Shown: positions 23,851-37,511 of the stretch, piece after piece
Numbering within the stretch: the first letter of the stretch is position 1
Layout: the number at the start of each line of letters is the position of its first letter
Source of the DNA: Podarcis gaigeae
Taxonomy: Eukaryota
Length of the DNA: 64,000 bases
NCBI GenBank assembly: GCA_964106915.2
Contig: OZ066914.1
Reading direction: 5' to 3' (one strand)
The notes under the pieces: generated by a model
Database searches by the model: none
Seen by the model: only the letters and a program-made list of their open reading frames with translations
Told to the model about the DNA's origin: nothing
Program-made: the position numbers and the translations under genes

Positions 23851-26026
23851 TCTTAATGGTGTGTTGCTTTTGTCTCTGTGCTGCATAGCAGGGCACTCTG
23901 AATTTTGTTGGAACACCAGAATTGGGCAGCAAGGCTGTGTGAATGTGTGTGCAACTTTTTCTCTACAGGCCATTTTCCTGATCAAATAGTGGCAGGGGGC
24001 ATTTATCTCCTGCATCACACATACTTTTGGCCCTTAAATTCCTCTTGGCTTGAGAAATTTCCCTTTTGAGGAAACACTCCTCCCCCAGTCTCATTACCAC
24101 ATCGTGCTTCTGAAGGTTGAGCAACCCAGATGGCTGACTGATCTTCAAACAATGCCACCAATTGCATTGAGGAATATGTTGCAGGTCTCAACCTCATATT
24201 CCACTGGAGGTCAATCTTGGTGATCCCAAGCAGCTGTCCATATGAAATGCTTTTGCATACAAAATGGAAAATAACCATCTTGTGGGTTTCTGGAAATGTT
24301 CTACAACATAGCAAATGAGTGGACCTGAGGGGTAGCTCTGGCATTTCCCTGCCCTGAGACATATGTGAACCAATCTTCAGATTCAACTATTAACAGTGCT
24401 GTCTTCTCCAAAGAATCAAGTGTGTTGAGGTATCAATCACTGGGTTCTTCGTAAGCCCCTTTCATATCTGGCTTCTGTGTATTATCTCTGCTTTTCCACC
24501 ATTGCAATCTTTCACAAGCTCCTAGCACAGCATGTTTAACAGAGCTTGGTCCAGAAAGGGTGCTGCATTTCGTTTTTCATTACAAAGATGGATTGCAGCA
24601 ATTCTCTGCTGTCCAGCCTCCCTGATGAGGCCTTTCAGCATCCACAGATGCTCCTGCTGCAGGCTACTTAGTCTTATTAGGTCGTCTCAAAAGCAAGCTA
24701 CTTTTGAGAAGTTATCTGGCGTCATGCGAGGCAAGCCTGTCTTTTGAGCAACGGGTTTCATTTAATGCCACGCATTAACTCGGCATGTCCATTCTGGATA
24801 GATTTCCTTTTACCCTTGCTGTTACTGTGGTGAGCAAGCTATCTATTAAAGTGGGTGAGGGTCAAGGTGTGTGGCGGCATTCCATGCCAAGAAAACCCAA
24901 CATTGGACCATTAATGTGAAAACGTAAACAGAAGAAGAGCCTGCTGGATCATGCCAATGGTCCATCTCATTCACCACCCTGTTCTTACAACAGCCAACCA
25001 GTTGCCTTTGTGAAACCGACACGCAGGACCTGAGCAACAAAGCATTTGCCCCTGCTGTGGTTTCCAGTGACTGGTATTCAGGAGACTACTGTCTCTGGCT
25101 GTGGATGTAGAGCATAGCTTTCATGGCTAGTAGATTTGCACCCCCCTGTTGATGTTTTATCATTGCTGGGTCTGCTGCCTTGGGCTCCTTCAGGGGGAAG
25201 GGTAGAATATAAATCAAATTAATAAATGGCATGGGGTGATGGGAATGGTAGCCCCCAACAACCTCTGGTAGGAGCCAGTTTGGGGGAAAGCTGCAGAATG
25301 CTGATGTGGCAAATAAATAAATGACAAGTAAGTGCCAAGTTGCAAAGTCAAATGCGGCCATCTTCTTTCCGTAAGGTCAAATTATTTCTCTCATTTCTGA
25401 GTTTTCATCTGATGTAGGTCAAATTGATGCTCCCTGGGGATGGGGGGGGGGGAGGAGGAAATTGCTTAAAACTTTCTAATTTGCACTGTCAGAAACAATA
25501 CGTGGAGCAAAAGAAAGCCATCCTTCTAAATTTCCACTTCTCCAAATTCTGCGTTGCAGTTCTCCAGCCAAGGAATTGTGCACAAAACTGCACGTCCTAG
25601 GGCAAAGTGGGGGGAAATTGACATATTAGGGAAAATAACATACAAAATTGCATTCTGTTAGGGAAAACTGCATTGCCAAAATATGTACGCAAAGGTGTGT
25701 GTATATGAGGAGATATGTGCATTCAAATGCTGATCAAATGTGGATAAAATTGCACATGAATGGGGAAATGCGGAGAACTGAACTCAGTTTTGGAAAAATG
25801 GGAAACTGGGAAACTGAACTGACCATTTCACTCATCTCTATTGCTTCCTGTGTACTGTAATATCAGATTCCGGTGGATTGGATGTGGTTCAGTGATACTG
25901 AATGTGGCTGGATCTTGATTCCACCTCACTGATAAATAGAAATAAACACATCAGGATGACAGGTGGAAAGTAACTTAATGGTGGCATTTCCCTGCACAAT
26001 CTGCACGTACAACCACAATCATCATC

Positions 26027-26063
26027 TTCTCCTCCTCCTCCTCCTCCTCCTCCTTCCTACTAT

Positions 26064-26109
<46 letters not shown>
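26027..26109 (+). repeat. Compound (CCT)n(ACT)n microsatellite
   Basis: Visible directly. Confidence 0.95.
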
Positions 26110-27002
26110 GAATTTATATACTGCCCTATACCAGGAGGCAAATGAACCAGTGTGGTGCAGCAGTAAGTGTGTTCAATAGGCTGAGATGTGGGGAAATGAG
26201 ACTCAAATCCTACTCAGCCACAATAAACTGAAATTTACAGATTTAACCATTTCTAGTCATGGACAAGTCCCTCTAGGGATGTTCAGTCATTGGCCCTCCA
26301 AATGTATGAATTTCAGATGAGTCCCACTCCCCTTTGTATGTATTTATAACATCAGCATGGATGGCTAACAAGTGACTAGCATCTTCTCTCTCAGTCTAAT
26401 ACCTCACGTGATTTCTTGAGAGTTTAAAAGGCGGCCAGGAGTCCTTGGAGGAAGGGTGGGATGCTGAGGGTTACTAAACAAAAGGGGAGCTCCAAAACAC
26501 AGGCCTTTCCCAACATCATGTGAACTCTTTATGCAACAAACCCCTCTCTCCATCAGAGCAAGCTGCTATTTTCATTTGCCTCTTGATATATCATTTCCTC
26601 AATGTGAAATAATTCTGAGCTACCCTCCTTCCCTTCCCAGCAGTTGCCCTCTCTGTCTCTCTCCCCCTTCACCTCCCAAGGAAAGCTTAAGTGAGACATG
26701 CCACTTGTCTTCCTCAAAATGGCTGCTCTGTGGTAACAAGTACTTTCTTACAGGAAGACAAGCTTTTCATTCATTTGATTCATTCCTCTCAAAGTTACTT
26801 TCAAGGGAGCTATTCTGAATGAAGTCCCAAATAGCCAAAGTGGTGTTTAAGTGACCATGCTTTATTACACCACAAAGTCCTGCGTCATACTAAATTTATG
26901 GCTATATCATTTGCGTTCATGAAACTTATCTCACTACTTGGCTGGTCTCTGCAAGTCAGCGCTTGCTGAGAGAAGAAAAATCCTTACCACTGAAGCAACA
27001 CT

Positions 27003-27003
<1 letters not shown>

Positions 27004-27053
<50 letters not shown>

Positions 27054-27114
27054 TGGTTACACACAAACACACCTATAGGCACACATAAAGCAGAGGAATA
27101 ATAATAATAATAGT

Positions 27115-27156
<42 letters not shown>

Positions 27157-27310
27157 TACCCTGCCCAGCTGGGCAGCTCCCAACAGAATATAATAATAAA
27201 AAAGCGATAAAACATCAAACATTAAAAACTTCCCTAAACAGGGCAACCTTCAGATGTCTTCTAAAAGTCAGATAATTGTTTATTTCCTTGAGATCTGATG
27301 GGAGGGCGTG
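27004..27310. repeat. (GT)n and (AAT)n microsatellites; the (AAT)n is the tail of a minus-strand L2-type 3' end
   Basis: Visible directly; downstream AAAAACTTCCCTAAACAGGGC is shared with the L2 ends at 44420 and 45100. Confidence 0.85.
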
Positions 27311-30055
27311 CCTGCCAAACAGGGTGCCCATTTTATAGCTAATTTAAAATGTAACATAGACACAAATACAAATAGTATTTAACTGCTTAGATTCCAAGTC
27401 TTAAATCATTTTGCTTCCATGATATGTGGAAAAAATGAACAGGCTCCATTCTCTGAATTTGGGACCTATTCAATGGTTGGTAGGCATGTGTAGGGGAGTG
27501 GATGTGGAAAATGAAGGTTCATGACACTTCTATTTTTTATTTTTTTTTATCTGAGAGATGAAGGAGACAATTCCATGAGCCTTTAAACACAGAACCTCTC
27601 AGGTAGAAAGGTATGTGTTCATTTGAGGACAGCCCAACACATTTTGCTGCCTGAGATGAAGCAGCAAATTGCTCTCTCCACCCATCACAGTGCATAATCC
27701 CCAAGGCCGATCAGGATATTTGGGCACCCGAGGCAGAAAAGGATGTAGTTCAGTTATGGGGCATCCTCTTTGCAAGCAGATAATCCTAGTTCAATCTCTG
27801 GCAATTCCAGGTTGGGCAGGGAAATCTGGAATTCTGTAGTGCTGTTGCACAATGCTGAGCTGGGCAGACCATTGGTCTGAATCAGTATAAGCAGTGATTT
27901 TTTTTCTTGAAAAAGAGGTGCCAGAACTCACCATGAACACCTCCCTTGTTCTCTTATAATGACAATGGCGCCCACCTGAGAGGTGTCAGAACTGAGTTCC
28001 AGCAAGTTCCGGCTGAAAAAAAGTTCTTCTAAAATTCCACAGGCAACTCCTCCCTTCTCTGGTATTAAAAACACAGCAATAATAAATTATATGACTAATC
28101 ATTTGCTACGCTTTTATGGCACCTCAAATCAGCAGCCTCTCTTGTATTTGTGTGTGGCCTTTAGTTAGAGAAAGAAAGAGAATAACACCTTCAAACTTTC
28201 TTTGGCTGACGGGGTAGGTAAATAATATCACTTATGCAACAGAAACTGTTAAGCATCTATTATGTAACTGTGTATGAGCAAAGATATCACCAAACCACAC
28301 AAACACACAGGCCTTCTTTTGACACATTGATTCACGTGGTCTGTTTTTATGGCAGTTAATGAATGCATGTCATATCACAGGTGGTTTATCATGACACCTT
28401 GCTAGGAGTCGCCCTCTTCCCTTCTGAGACACTTCTAAGCCTCAGCTATAAACAGATAAGCAGTTCACTGAGTGAGACTGACCCCTTCTTTGAAAACTGT
28501 TCCAAGGCTGCCGATGGTGCTACCTCAGTCTAAGAAAAAACAAACAAAACAAAAAATGTTCCCTTCCAAACTTATTACAGCAGGTCTGATCTGTACGTTT
28601 AAAGAAAGAAATATATAGATCTATCGCAAAGATCAGTCTGCAGAATGGAAAATAGAAGCTTGACATGAATTTTTATGATCTCCTTCTTACCGAAAACTTT
28701 TTGACAAGTCTACACAAGAGCACAACATACCTCTAGATGGCAGTGGTACTATGGCTAAGGAAGCATGTAGCATCTTTTGAGCTTTTTCTGCCTTCCTCTC
28801 AGGCATGGGAAAGCAATTTTATTGATGGCTGCTTTGAGATGTCATGTTTTTGTCAGTGGCCTTACTGCCCACCGTAGTCTAGCATTTTGGAGCTAAATGT
28901 CAGTCTGAAATGGTTGACAAGAAGGAGGAGGCCTGGTGGTAACTGTAGACCAGGATGGGGAACACTTGGTCCCCAAAATGTTGCTGAACTACATTGCCCA
29001 TCAGCCCCAGGAATGGCCACTGTAGTTCAGCCATATCTGGACAGCCAAAGCTTTTCCCCACCTGCATTATGGTCAATACATTATGGGGATCAAGAGTCTG
29101 TCAGGACTTATGCAAAACCAGTACCATAAGTACATGCTGAAGTCTCATTCATTCCTATACAGAATGCTCAACAACATTTTGTGTCTGTATTTGAACCTCT
29201 TGAAATACGGCAATGCTACTTATGTGATATAATTTCTGGAGTGAATAAAGTTTGCCTACCTTTTGGAAAAACAAGAATTTTCTTCTTAATTCAAAAAAGA
29301 AAAGAATAAAGGATTAAGATAAAGAGGGCACTCATGGACTGAAAGAAAGGTATTTCCGGTCTCTCAATGGTTATCATTTTTTTCGAATGGCTCTGGCATC
29401 AAGAAAACTAGTTGTTACCTCGTCAAGTCACCAACAGGATAAGGGTTACTAATACTGACTTAGGCAGACTACTGGACTGCATCTTGTGCTCCCTTTGCCT
29501 TCTGCGTGTATTTAGAAAGATCCAAGAAAGGTAGGAAACATACATTTATATAATTAACATCTATTATTAGGACAGAGGTAGCGAATGTGGTGCCCTAGAG
29601 ATGTTATTGGACTTTCATCAGCCTCAGCCAGCATAGCCAATAGTTAGGGGTGATGGACCAGTCAGGAAGTTGTAGCTCAACAACTTTTGGAGAGCATGTC
29701 CGTGTAAGATACTGCAGTGCAAGTGATGCTAAGGGTTTATAAATGCCAACGTTTTCCAAATAACTTGCAGGGCTGCCAGGTGATTTTCTTGTTGTTGATA
29801 AAATTGATTGAGACATTTGCATATTTCCCAAGCCTGGCATCAGAGATCAGTGTCCTTGGGTAGCTGCTAAGGCTTCAGCAGCGTGGCAAGGCCCCCCTAC
29901 GACCAGCTGTTCTTTCCTGCCATTTTGTTTTCAGCCACTTGTTCAGGACAAATGAGAGGGTGGTGGTGGAGGTAGAAGAGGAGGAACTCCATCAAAACCA
30001 TCTTGCCTTACCTTGGAGCCAATTCTCATTCTAAATCAACCTCAATAAAGGTCGC

Positions 30056-30816
30056 TGTCAGGGGTTCAGAAGGAGAGACACAGGAGGGGGAGCAAATGGA
30101 GAGTGAGGAGGAGGAGTACGAGGGGGGCGCAGGCAGTGACAGTGACCAGAGTTATTCCACAAGCCTCTCTAGCGAATCGGAGGACTCACAGAAGGGAGCG
30201 CCGGTGGCCAGAGCGAAGGGGGGTCCAGGGGGGAAGCCCCAGGAGGAAGGGGCCAGCGGGGAGTCCTTGAGCAGCAGCTGGAGATCAGGACCAGTGTCTC
30301 CACCAGAGCGCAGTGGGGAGGGGGAGTCCCAGGAGTCGGGACCAGTGTCCTCACCACCAGAGGGAGGAGAGGAGTCAGGTTTGGCAACACCCACATCAGG
30401 AAGCGGGGAAACGGTCAGAAGGAAAGTCACCGGCTGGGCGCGCGCGCCAAGTTCAAATGTACAGGAGCGCGGCACAGCGGGGAGCCCGGGAAGGGAGCCA
30501 GGTCCTAAAGCCCGCCGGAGGGAGGGGCAAGACTCAGGAGGCTCAGCGTCAGAGGAGTCCAGGAAGGAGGGAACCCCAGAGGGCAGAAGGACCCAGCGCA
30601 GGAAAGAGCAGCGCAAGAGGTGGAGCCGGGCTAGAATCTTAAACTGGTGTGGGTGGAGCAGTGAGTCAGAGGGGACTTAGCCGGTCTAGCGTCGAGACGT
30701 GGGTCTGCGCGCCCAGAGCTTGGAAATGGAAACTAAACTTTTAATAAAGACTTTTGTATATAACATCCACTGGGCGTTGGTCCTCTGTGAGCTGGGACCT
30801 AGCGGCAGTCCTGACA
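30056..30816 (+). mobile_element. Solo LTR (probably Gypsy/Ty3), young
   Basis: TGTCAGG...CCTGACA 7-bp inverted ends; perfect 5-bp TSD GTCGC (30051-30055, 30817-30821); AATAAA at 30743-30748; CpGs retained. Confidence 0.9.
30096..30680 (+). CDS. LTR-embedded ORF, 194 aa from ATG: acidic/Ser/Gly-rich disordered region followed by an Arg-rich C-terminus; function unknown
   Basis: Frame open from the start of the LTR to TAG at 30678-30680; in-frame internal duplication SGPVS(S)PPE; ends TPEGRRTQRRKEQRKRWSRARIL. Confidence 0.45.
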   Translation: MESEEEEYEGGAGSDSDQSYSTSLSSESEDSQKGAPVARAKGGPGGKPQEEGASGESLSSSWRSGPVSPPERSGEGESQESGPVSSPPEGGEESGLATPTSGSGETVRRKVTGWARAPSSNVQERGTAGSPGREPGPKARRREGQDSGGSASEESRKEGTPEGRRTQRRKEQRKRWSRARILNWCGWSSESEGT

Positions 30817-31547
30817 GTCGCTTTTTAGGTATAAAAGGAAATGTAAGATACATGATTATTTAATTTGAAAAGGCCACCATTCTCTGTTAGAATTTTTTTA
30901 AAAAATATCTTATTGCCATAACAAAAATGAGGGAAAGCCTCAAAACCTAAACAAATGTACTCTCAATTCACAGCTCCACTGGTTCCAAGCTGCCTTCAGT
31001 GGCTGAAAATGACTCTTACCGATCAGTCCATGAAAGCTGTAGTTGGTGAATCTAAATTAAGCCAATTAAGACCTCCAGTCCTAATTATTCACTCTTTGTC
31101 CAGTTCTGCTAATACAGGCAATAACCATGTCAAGCATCACCTTTGTGTGAGGCCTGTATGGTCTGCCTCAGCTCTGGATCCTTTGAGTTTTATCCAACTA
31201 AGTTATATGCAGAGTACATATACACTACATATACACTACATACACTCCAACATTCTGGGAGGGTGAATCGGGACACGACCTCCCCCCGCACCATTCTGCC
31301 ACCCACCACCCTTATAAGTTGCCATTGGCTCCCCCCCTCCCGATGGCTTCAAAGTGGGTAAACCAGTTCTCTCAGTACAACCGAGACCTGGTGATTCTCT
31401 TGATCTTCATGACCCCCTCTCCTGGGGATTAAATATAATTTCATTTCATCAACTTGTGGAGTCTGAGAATTTCTTTCAGTACTTTTGAGAAAACTGTCGG
31501 ATGGCTGGAGGAACAAATGCAGGAATTAGGCTTGCTTCTAAAACCAT

Positions 31548-31897
31548 CAGTGCCAGATTAAGGTGTAAGCTAAACAAGCTATAGCTTAGGGCCCCACTCT
31601 CTTTGGGGCCCCCCAAACAATTAAAGGCAAAAAACCCTGGATGTACATTTCCAAAATATAAGATAAAGAACAAATAAAATAAAACCTACATACAGCAACA
31701 GTGTTTTGTGTTGTGTAGGCTCCTATTTGTTATGTGCAAATGGCTTTAGATACCTATTAGGTCCATAAATTACCACATAGCATATATTCAACAAAAAAAC
31801 CAGCGACAATTTGTTGTTGACAAAGGACAGCTGGACATATAAAGGGCCCAATTACCTTCAGTAGCTTAGGGACTCATCAAACCCAAACCAGGCCCTG
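31548..31897. mobile_element. hAT-type MITE
   Basis: CAGTGCC...GGCCCTG termini; 8-bp TSD AAAACCAT/AAAACTAT. Confidence 0.8.
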
Positions 31898-32944
31898 AAA
31901 ACTATCCAGGAAGAAAACAAAGCTAAAGGTAAATTTCATGTGCAAAGATTCGCTAGTGTTTGTGGCAACTTTTGACTAAAGAAATCTCAAGGTTTTCTTT
32001 CTCCCCTTGCCACCCCCTGAGTTGTTGTGAGATGTTATGTGTTACATTACAAGGCTGAAGCACAAAGGAATATCAGATCTGGAAACAGACAAAAGAAGAT
32101 GGGCTGGGCTGAAGAGGAGATGGCATTGTTTAATCACTTCAGAGAGATTCAGATGTTTGAAAAGCCTACTCTGAAAGCTTCAAAACGAATTTTTGCTTAG
32201 TCTAAAAGAAGCCAGAATAAACATTTTCTTTTCTCCGTCTTTGTTCAAGATATGTATCCCAACAAAGGCACTATAAAATGATGATTATTTGTAGCCTCCA
32301 ATTTAAAATGTGAATGAATGCACAAACCGCGTTCTCATCTGTACCAGATCTGAATTATCAGAATCAATTCATGTGTTCCTTCCTTAATTTGTTTCAGTGG
32401 GTAGATTTATTTTATTTTATTTTTTAAAAAAAGCTAAGGCTACTGTGATGTGAGAAATCCATAAAAAAAACCCCTCATTCTTCCATTCCCCAAGTAGAGA
32501 GACGTCAAACAGGCCACTTCTTTATGTTGATGGAGAACCAGATGTCATGTAACCAATTATTAAGAGGATGATGGCAATGGCTGAGTACACAGCATATATT
32601 TAAAGCACATCCCCCTGTAAAGAAACCTGGGAACTGTAGTTTGTTAAAGCTGCTGGGAATTATGGGTTTGTGAGGGGAAGCTGCAGTTTCCAGCATTTGG
32701 GGAGAGAGGGGAAATGTACCTGATAGTGCGTACACAGCTGAGGCCTTCCTTTAAAGCTAGAAAGACAAAACTTATGTTTCCAAGATTTTAAAGAGGAGAA
32801 TTAATTCAGTTTCTGCTGTATACCATCTTGTAAATTATTTTAATGAAGAAATATTCCAACTATTTTATGCCTCTGCTGTGTTGGAAAAATCTGCATGTGA
32901 CTCTTCTCTACTCTTTTGCCTGATGTTGCACGAGAAAGAAAATA

Positions 32945-33186
32945 CAGTGGTACCTCGGGTTAAGTACTTAATTCGTTCTGAAGGTCTGTACTTAACCTGA
33001 AACTGTTCTTAACCTGAAGCACCACTTTAGCTAATGGGGCCTCCTGCTGCTGCTGCGCCACCAGAGCACGATTTCTGTTCTCATCCTGAAGCAAATTTCT
33101 TAACCTGAAGCACTATTTCTGGGTTAGCAGAGTCTGTAACCTGAAGCGTATGTAACCTGAAGCGTATGTAACCTGAGGTACCACTG
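32945..33186. mobile_element. Tc1/mariner-type MITE (CAGTGGTACC family)
   Basis: TA|CAGTGGTACCTC...GAGGTACCACTG|TA. Confidence 0.9.
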
Positions 33187-33294
33187 TAATAATAATGGTT
33201 CACTTTATCCATAAGAAAGAAAGTCTTCAATGAAGGGAGGTTTGTTTTCGCTAACCCAGGAGAAGGTGCTCCCACCGTCAGAAAAGGATGGGGA

Positions 33295-33656
33295 CAAGCC
33301 TGGAATACAGGAGACTGAGAGGAGATAAGATAGCCATCTTCAAAGATCTAAAGGACTGCCACATGAAAGAAGAAACAAGCTTGCTTTCCCCTGCTCTGGA
33401 GAGTAGGAGTCAAACCAATGGCTTCAAGCTACAAGAAAGAACATTCCAACTAAACACCAGGGAGAACTTTCTGACAGTAAGAGCTGTTTGACAATGGAGC
33501 AGACTCCCTCAGGAGGTGGTGGACTTTCCTTCCTTGGAGGTTTTTAAGCAGCGGTTGGATGGCCATCTGTCATGGATGCTTTAGCTGAGATTCCTGCATT
33601 GCAGGTGGTTGGACTCGATGACCCTTGGGCTCCTTTCCAGCTCTACATTTCTATGA
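33295..33656 (+). mobile_element. CR1 LINE 3' end
   Basis: LEYRRLRGDKIAIFKDLK...TNGFKLQERTFQLNTRENFLTVRAV; TTCTATGA tail. Confidence 0.9.
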
Positions 33657-34632
33657 CAAGCTGTGGCCCTCCAGATGCTGTTGGATTCCAGCTGCCATCA
33701 GCATGGCCAGGAGAGACAGGGGTTGTAATGTTTTCTGGGTTTCCTACAGACATCTGGTTTGCCACTGTGAGACTAGGATGCTGGACTATATGGGCCATTG
33801 GCTTGATCTAGCTGGCTCTTCTTATGTAACCCAACAATGTCTGGAGGGCCACAGCTTCCCCACTTCTACCATAAGAGTAGTTCAGCAGATCAATAGGTCA
33901 CTTAAGATGCCCCTCCTCCCTGTTCATATTTCAGTAGTAAACTGGAAGCAAGAGGAGTGTTCCAACAAAAGATGGGTGTTTTCATGAATGGGTCAATGTA
34001 TTCTGCTGGCCGTGGTGGAGGTATCCCTGCATGAGCTAAGTGTGTTGTGAAATCTCTTAACAGATAACAGAGGATCCTGGGCGAACTCTGTTTGTATGGG
34101 GAGCAGGCTAATGGAGGCTACCACCAGCTCTGCTGAGATGCCAGGCTACTCCCTGCAGTGACTGTCCCCTGGAAGGATTACAGAACACGGGTTTAACCCT
34201 TCCTTCTCACACTGCAGTCCTGAAAAAGATCACTCCCGTGCAGCAAATAGGAATAATAACAAACTTCTTCTAGTGTTATTTGCTATAGATAGAAGAACAT
34301 TTTTGTAGGATCACAGCAGGGGACGGAATGGTTAAACCTCGCTTCTCTGCATGCTGTGATTGCAATCCTGATTGCTCCCCCCACCATGTCTGCTTTTTGC
34401 TTCAAGAGACACGTTTAAGATCTTTAGATCAGAGAGTTTAACACCAGACCCTGAATGTGCACTGGGCAAGCAGTTAACAGATCCATTTTAAAGACAGTGG
34501 AGACTGAGACTGATGTTAGTCTTTAAACACTCTTGAAACCCATGATAGAGAACTCATATCCATGAAGATAACCTATATCTTATTCCAATAGCAGAATCAA
34601 AAGCAAGTGTATCAATGGCAAAAAGCCCTTTC

Positions 34633-34678
<46 letters not shown>

Positions 34679-35595
34679 TTCACAAGCATCGGCAGACCAA
34701 GGAAACAACAAATGCAAATAGGCATGTAAAAATGTTGAAGGTATGTGTTTTTGTGAATGTTTTTGAACTCCCTCCCCACAAATGACAGCTTTCAGAGAAA
34801 AACTGAATTTCATGAAGCTTCTTGAAACATTAAGAACAGCCCATCTTGCAAAAGCTTTGAGTATATTTATTTACTGAATTATAAAGCTCTCCTCAATTGT
34901 TTGCTTGTTTTCCAGAGCCATTTGTCTTCTGTTGCTTAATACCCTTCCCATCTCGGTAAATATCCTTTCACCTTCCTTTCCTGTTTGTTCTCTTATTTTC
35001 TTTAATTGATCATACCTATTCTTTGGGAAGCATGTTAGATAACCATTCGCCATCTCTCTCCCTCTCTCTCGTGCACAAAACCTGCTCTAACTTTTTGCGA
35101 CTTGTTGGCTTTGAGTACAAAAGTGCCTGGAAAGCAAAAAATCCCATTAAGGTGGGAAGCACTGAAATATGATCATTAAATCTTGATGGGGGTTTTCCTT
35201 TTGCATTGCAAGACCAATTGCTTACGGGAACAGCTTAGGTGAGAGACGAATATGCAATAAGGTAGAAGAGATCCCAAGGCGTCCTAGGACCTGTAGAGAA
35301 GAATGCTTATTTAGAAGCATTTCCAAGGCAAGTGAAAAACAGCTCACTCTTTGTAAGCAGGATAACACCAGGATACCACTCCTGATTATAGTGGGTTATT
35401 TTTTTTCTGTGTAGTCAGCACCATTAGGCAGCCTGGCAGCGGGTGCTTGTGAGGTTTTTAGGCCATCTGAGATGCACTGGGTGAATTATTTAGTGGAGGA
35501 ATTTGCTTAAGGAAGAACTGAGGCGACTGAACTGCGAAAGAGCCCATACCCTGCACAAGAGTGGTGAAAATAGAAATAGTTATCTGCACTGGTAA

Positions 35596-35981
35596 GGTAA
35601 AAGGTAAAGGTAAAGTACCCCTGGACGGTTAAGTCCAGTCAAAGGTGACTATGGGGTTGTGGAGTTCATTTCACTTTCAGGCTGAGGGAGCTGGTGTTTG
35701 TCCACAGACAGCTTTCCGGGTCATGTGGCCAGCATGACTAAACTGCTTCTGACGCAATGGAACACCATGATGGAAGCCAGAGCACACAGAAACGCTCTTT
35801 ACCTTCCTGCTACAGCGGTACCTATTTATCTACTTGCACTGGTGTGCTTTTGAACTGCTAGGTTGGCAGAAGCTGGGACAGAGCAATGGGAGCTCACCCC
35901 GTCGTGGGAATTCGAACCACCAACCTTCTGATCAGCAAGCCCAAGAGGCTCAGTGGTTTAGACCACAGCGCCACCCATGTC
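35596..35981 (-). mobile_element. Sauria SINE
   Basis: AGGTAA tail; TSD CTG(C/T)ACTGGTAA. Confidence 0.9.
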
Positions 35982-36477
35982 CTGTACTGGTAATACTTCC
36001 ATTCTCCCACCAGGATCGCTCCCTGAGCTCCCCCACCCCAACATGCATTGCAGAAACCTTATTTATACAGTTTCATTCCACCTTTTCTCCAAGGAGTTTA
36101 GAAGGTTCTCCTTGCCGCTCCAGCCATTTCACCATCACAATAGCAACAACACCATCACAGTGTTACATATGTATGTCTGAACCCACATGCATGTCTGAGT
36201 GCCATGTTTTATTTATTTACCCCACCTTCTTCTCTGAGGAGCTCAAGATGGTGTACATGGTCCCTTGTCCTCCTCATTTAATCCCTACACTGAGAGGAAG
36301 TGCCTGGCCCAAGTTCACCCAGCAAGCTTCATGCCTGAGTGGGGATTTGAACCCTGGCCTCCCAGGTCCTAGTCTGACACTTTAACCACTACGCCACACT
36401 GTCTCCACCCTCCCCTGGTGAAGAAGTTGAAGAAGATGACCTGATGAAGAGAGAAAAGAAGAGGAGAAATCAGCATA

Positions 36478-37310
36478 GATTACTGCAACATGTTATATGT
36501 GGGACAACCTCTGAAGACGGTTTGGAAACTGGCCTCTGAAGATGGTTGGGAAACTGGAGAGCCAGTGTGGTGTAGTGGTTAAGAGCGGTAGACTTGTAAT
36601 CTGGTGAACCGGGTTCGTGTCTTTGTTCCTCCACATGCAGCTGCTGGGTGACCTTGGGCCAGTCACACTTAGACTTCAGAGTCAGCCTCACTCACCTCAC
36701 AGACTGTTTGTTGTGGAGGAGGAAGGGGAAGGAGAATGTTAGCTGCTTTGAGACTCCTTCGGGTAGTGATAAAGCAGGATATCAAATCCAAATTCCTCCT
36801 CCTCCTCCTCTTTTTCTTCATCTGTTCAGTGGCCAGGTTGCTCATTGGGGCAAGACGATTTGAGCATATTACCCAGATCCTGGCCTGATTGCACTAGGGC
36901 CGCTGACAAAGTCTGGACCCAATTGAAAGTATTGGTTTTGACCTATAAATCCTTAAATGGCTCAGGACTGAATATCTCAAGGACATCCTCTCCCCACATG
37001 AACTGACCCAGATTTTGTGATTGTCATTTAAGGCCCTTCTTCATGTGCATCCTCCACAAGAGGTCTGCAGGGTGACAACATGAGAACGGACCTTTTCTGT
37101 GGTGGCTCCCTGTCTGTGGAAAGCTCTCCCCAGGGAGTCTTGCCTTAGTTACATATGTATCTTCAGGCGTCAGGCAAAACCATTCCTGTTCTCCAAGGTG
37201 GTTGGCTAATGAAACAATCTATGGCCCTTTCAACATTGTGTTTATTGCAATGTTTAGGTGCTTTTGTGTTTTTTATATTGCAAACTGACCTGTGATCCTC
37301 GGATGAAGGA
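36478..37310 (+). mobile_element. L2-clade LINE 3' fragment, interrupted by a Squam3 SINE
   Basis: DYCNMLYVGQPLKTVWKL ... VLVLTYKSLNGSG; TTTTCTGTGGTGGCTCCC motif. Confidence 0.75.
36557..36819 (+). mobile_element. Squam3-type SINE
   Basis: GCCAGTGTGGTGTAGTGGTTAAGAGCGG head, GGTTCG B-box, CORE, CCT/CTT tail. Confidence 0.85.
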
Positions 37311-37511
37311 AAATGGACTCTGATTAGTTTGTAAGAAACTATCGCATAAATAGCCTACCCTCATCATAACTGCACAATAAAGAAATATTGCATATAGACT
37401 TAACAATTCCTATAAATGTCAAGGGGAAAGTCAGAAGCAAATTCCCACTCAGTGGGGCTGCACTCTGAGAAGCCGCTCCAGCAGACTGAGGGGGCTTTTG
37501 GCAATGCGAAA

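Noticed and set aside
35834-36385. 183-aa ORF
   Set aside because: It is stitched from an antisense Sauria SINE, unique DNA and an old SINE, so it is not a gene.
36557-36630. tRNA-like sequence with A and B boxes
   Set aside because: It is a SINE head continuing into CORE and tail, with several copies in the window; not a tRNA gene.
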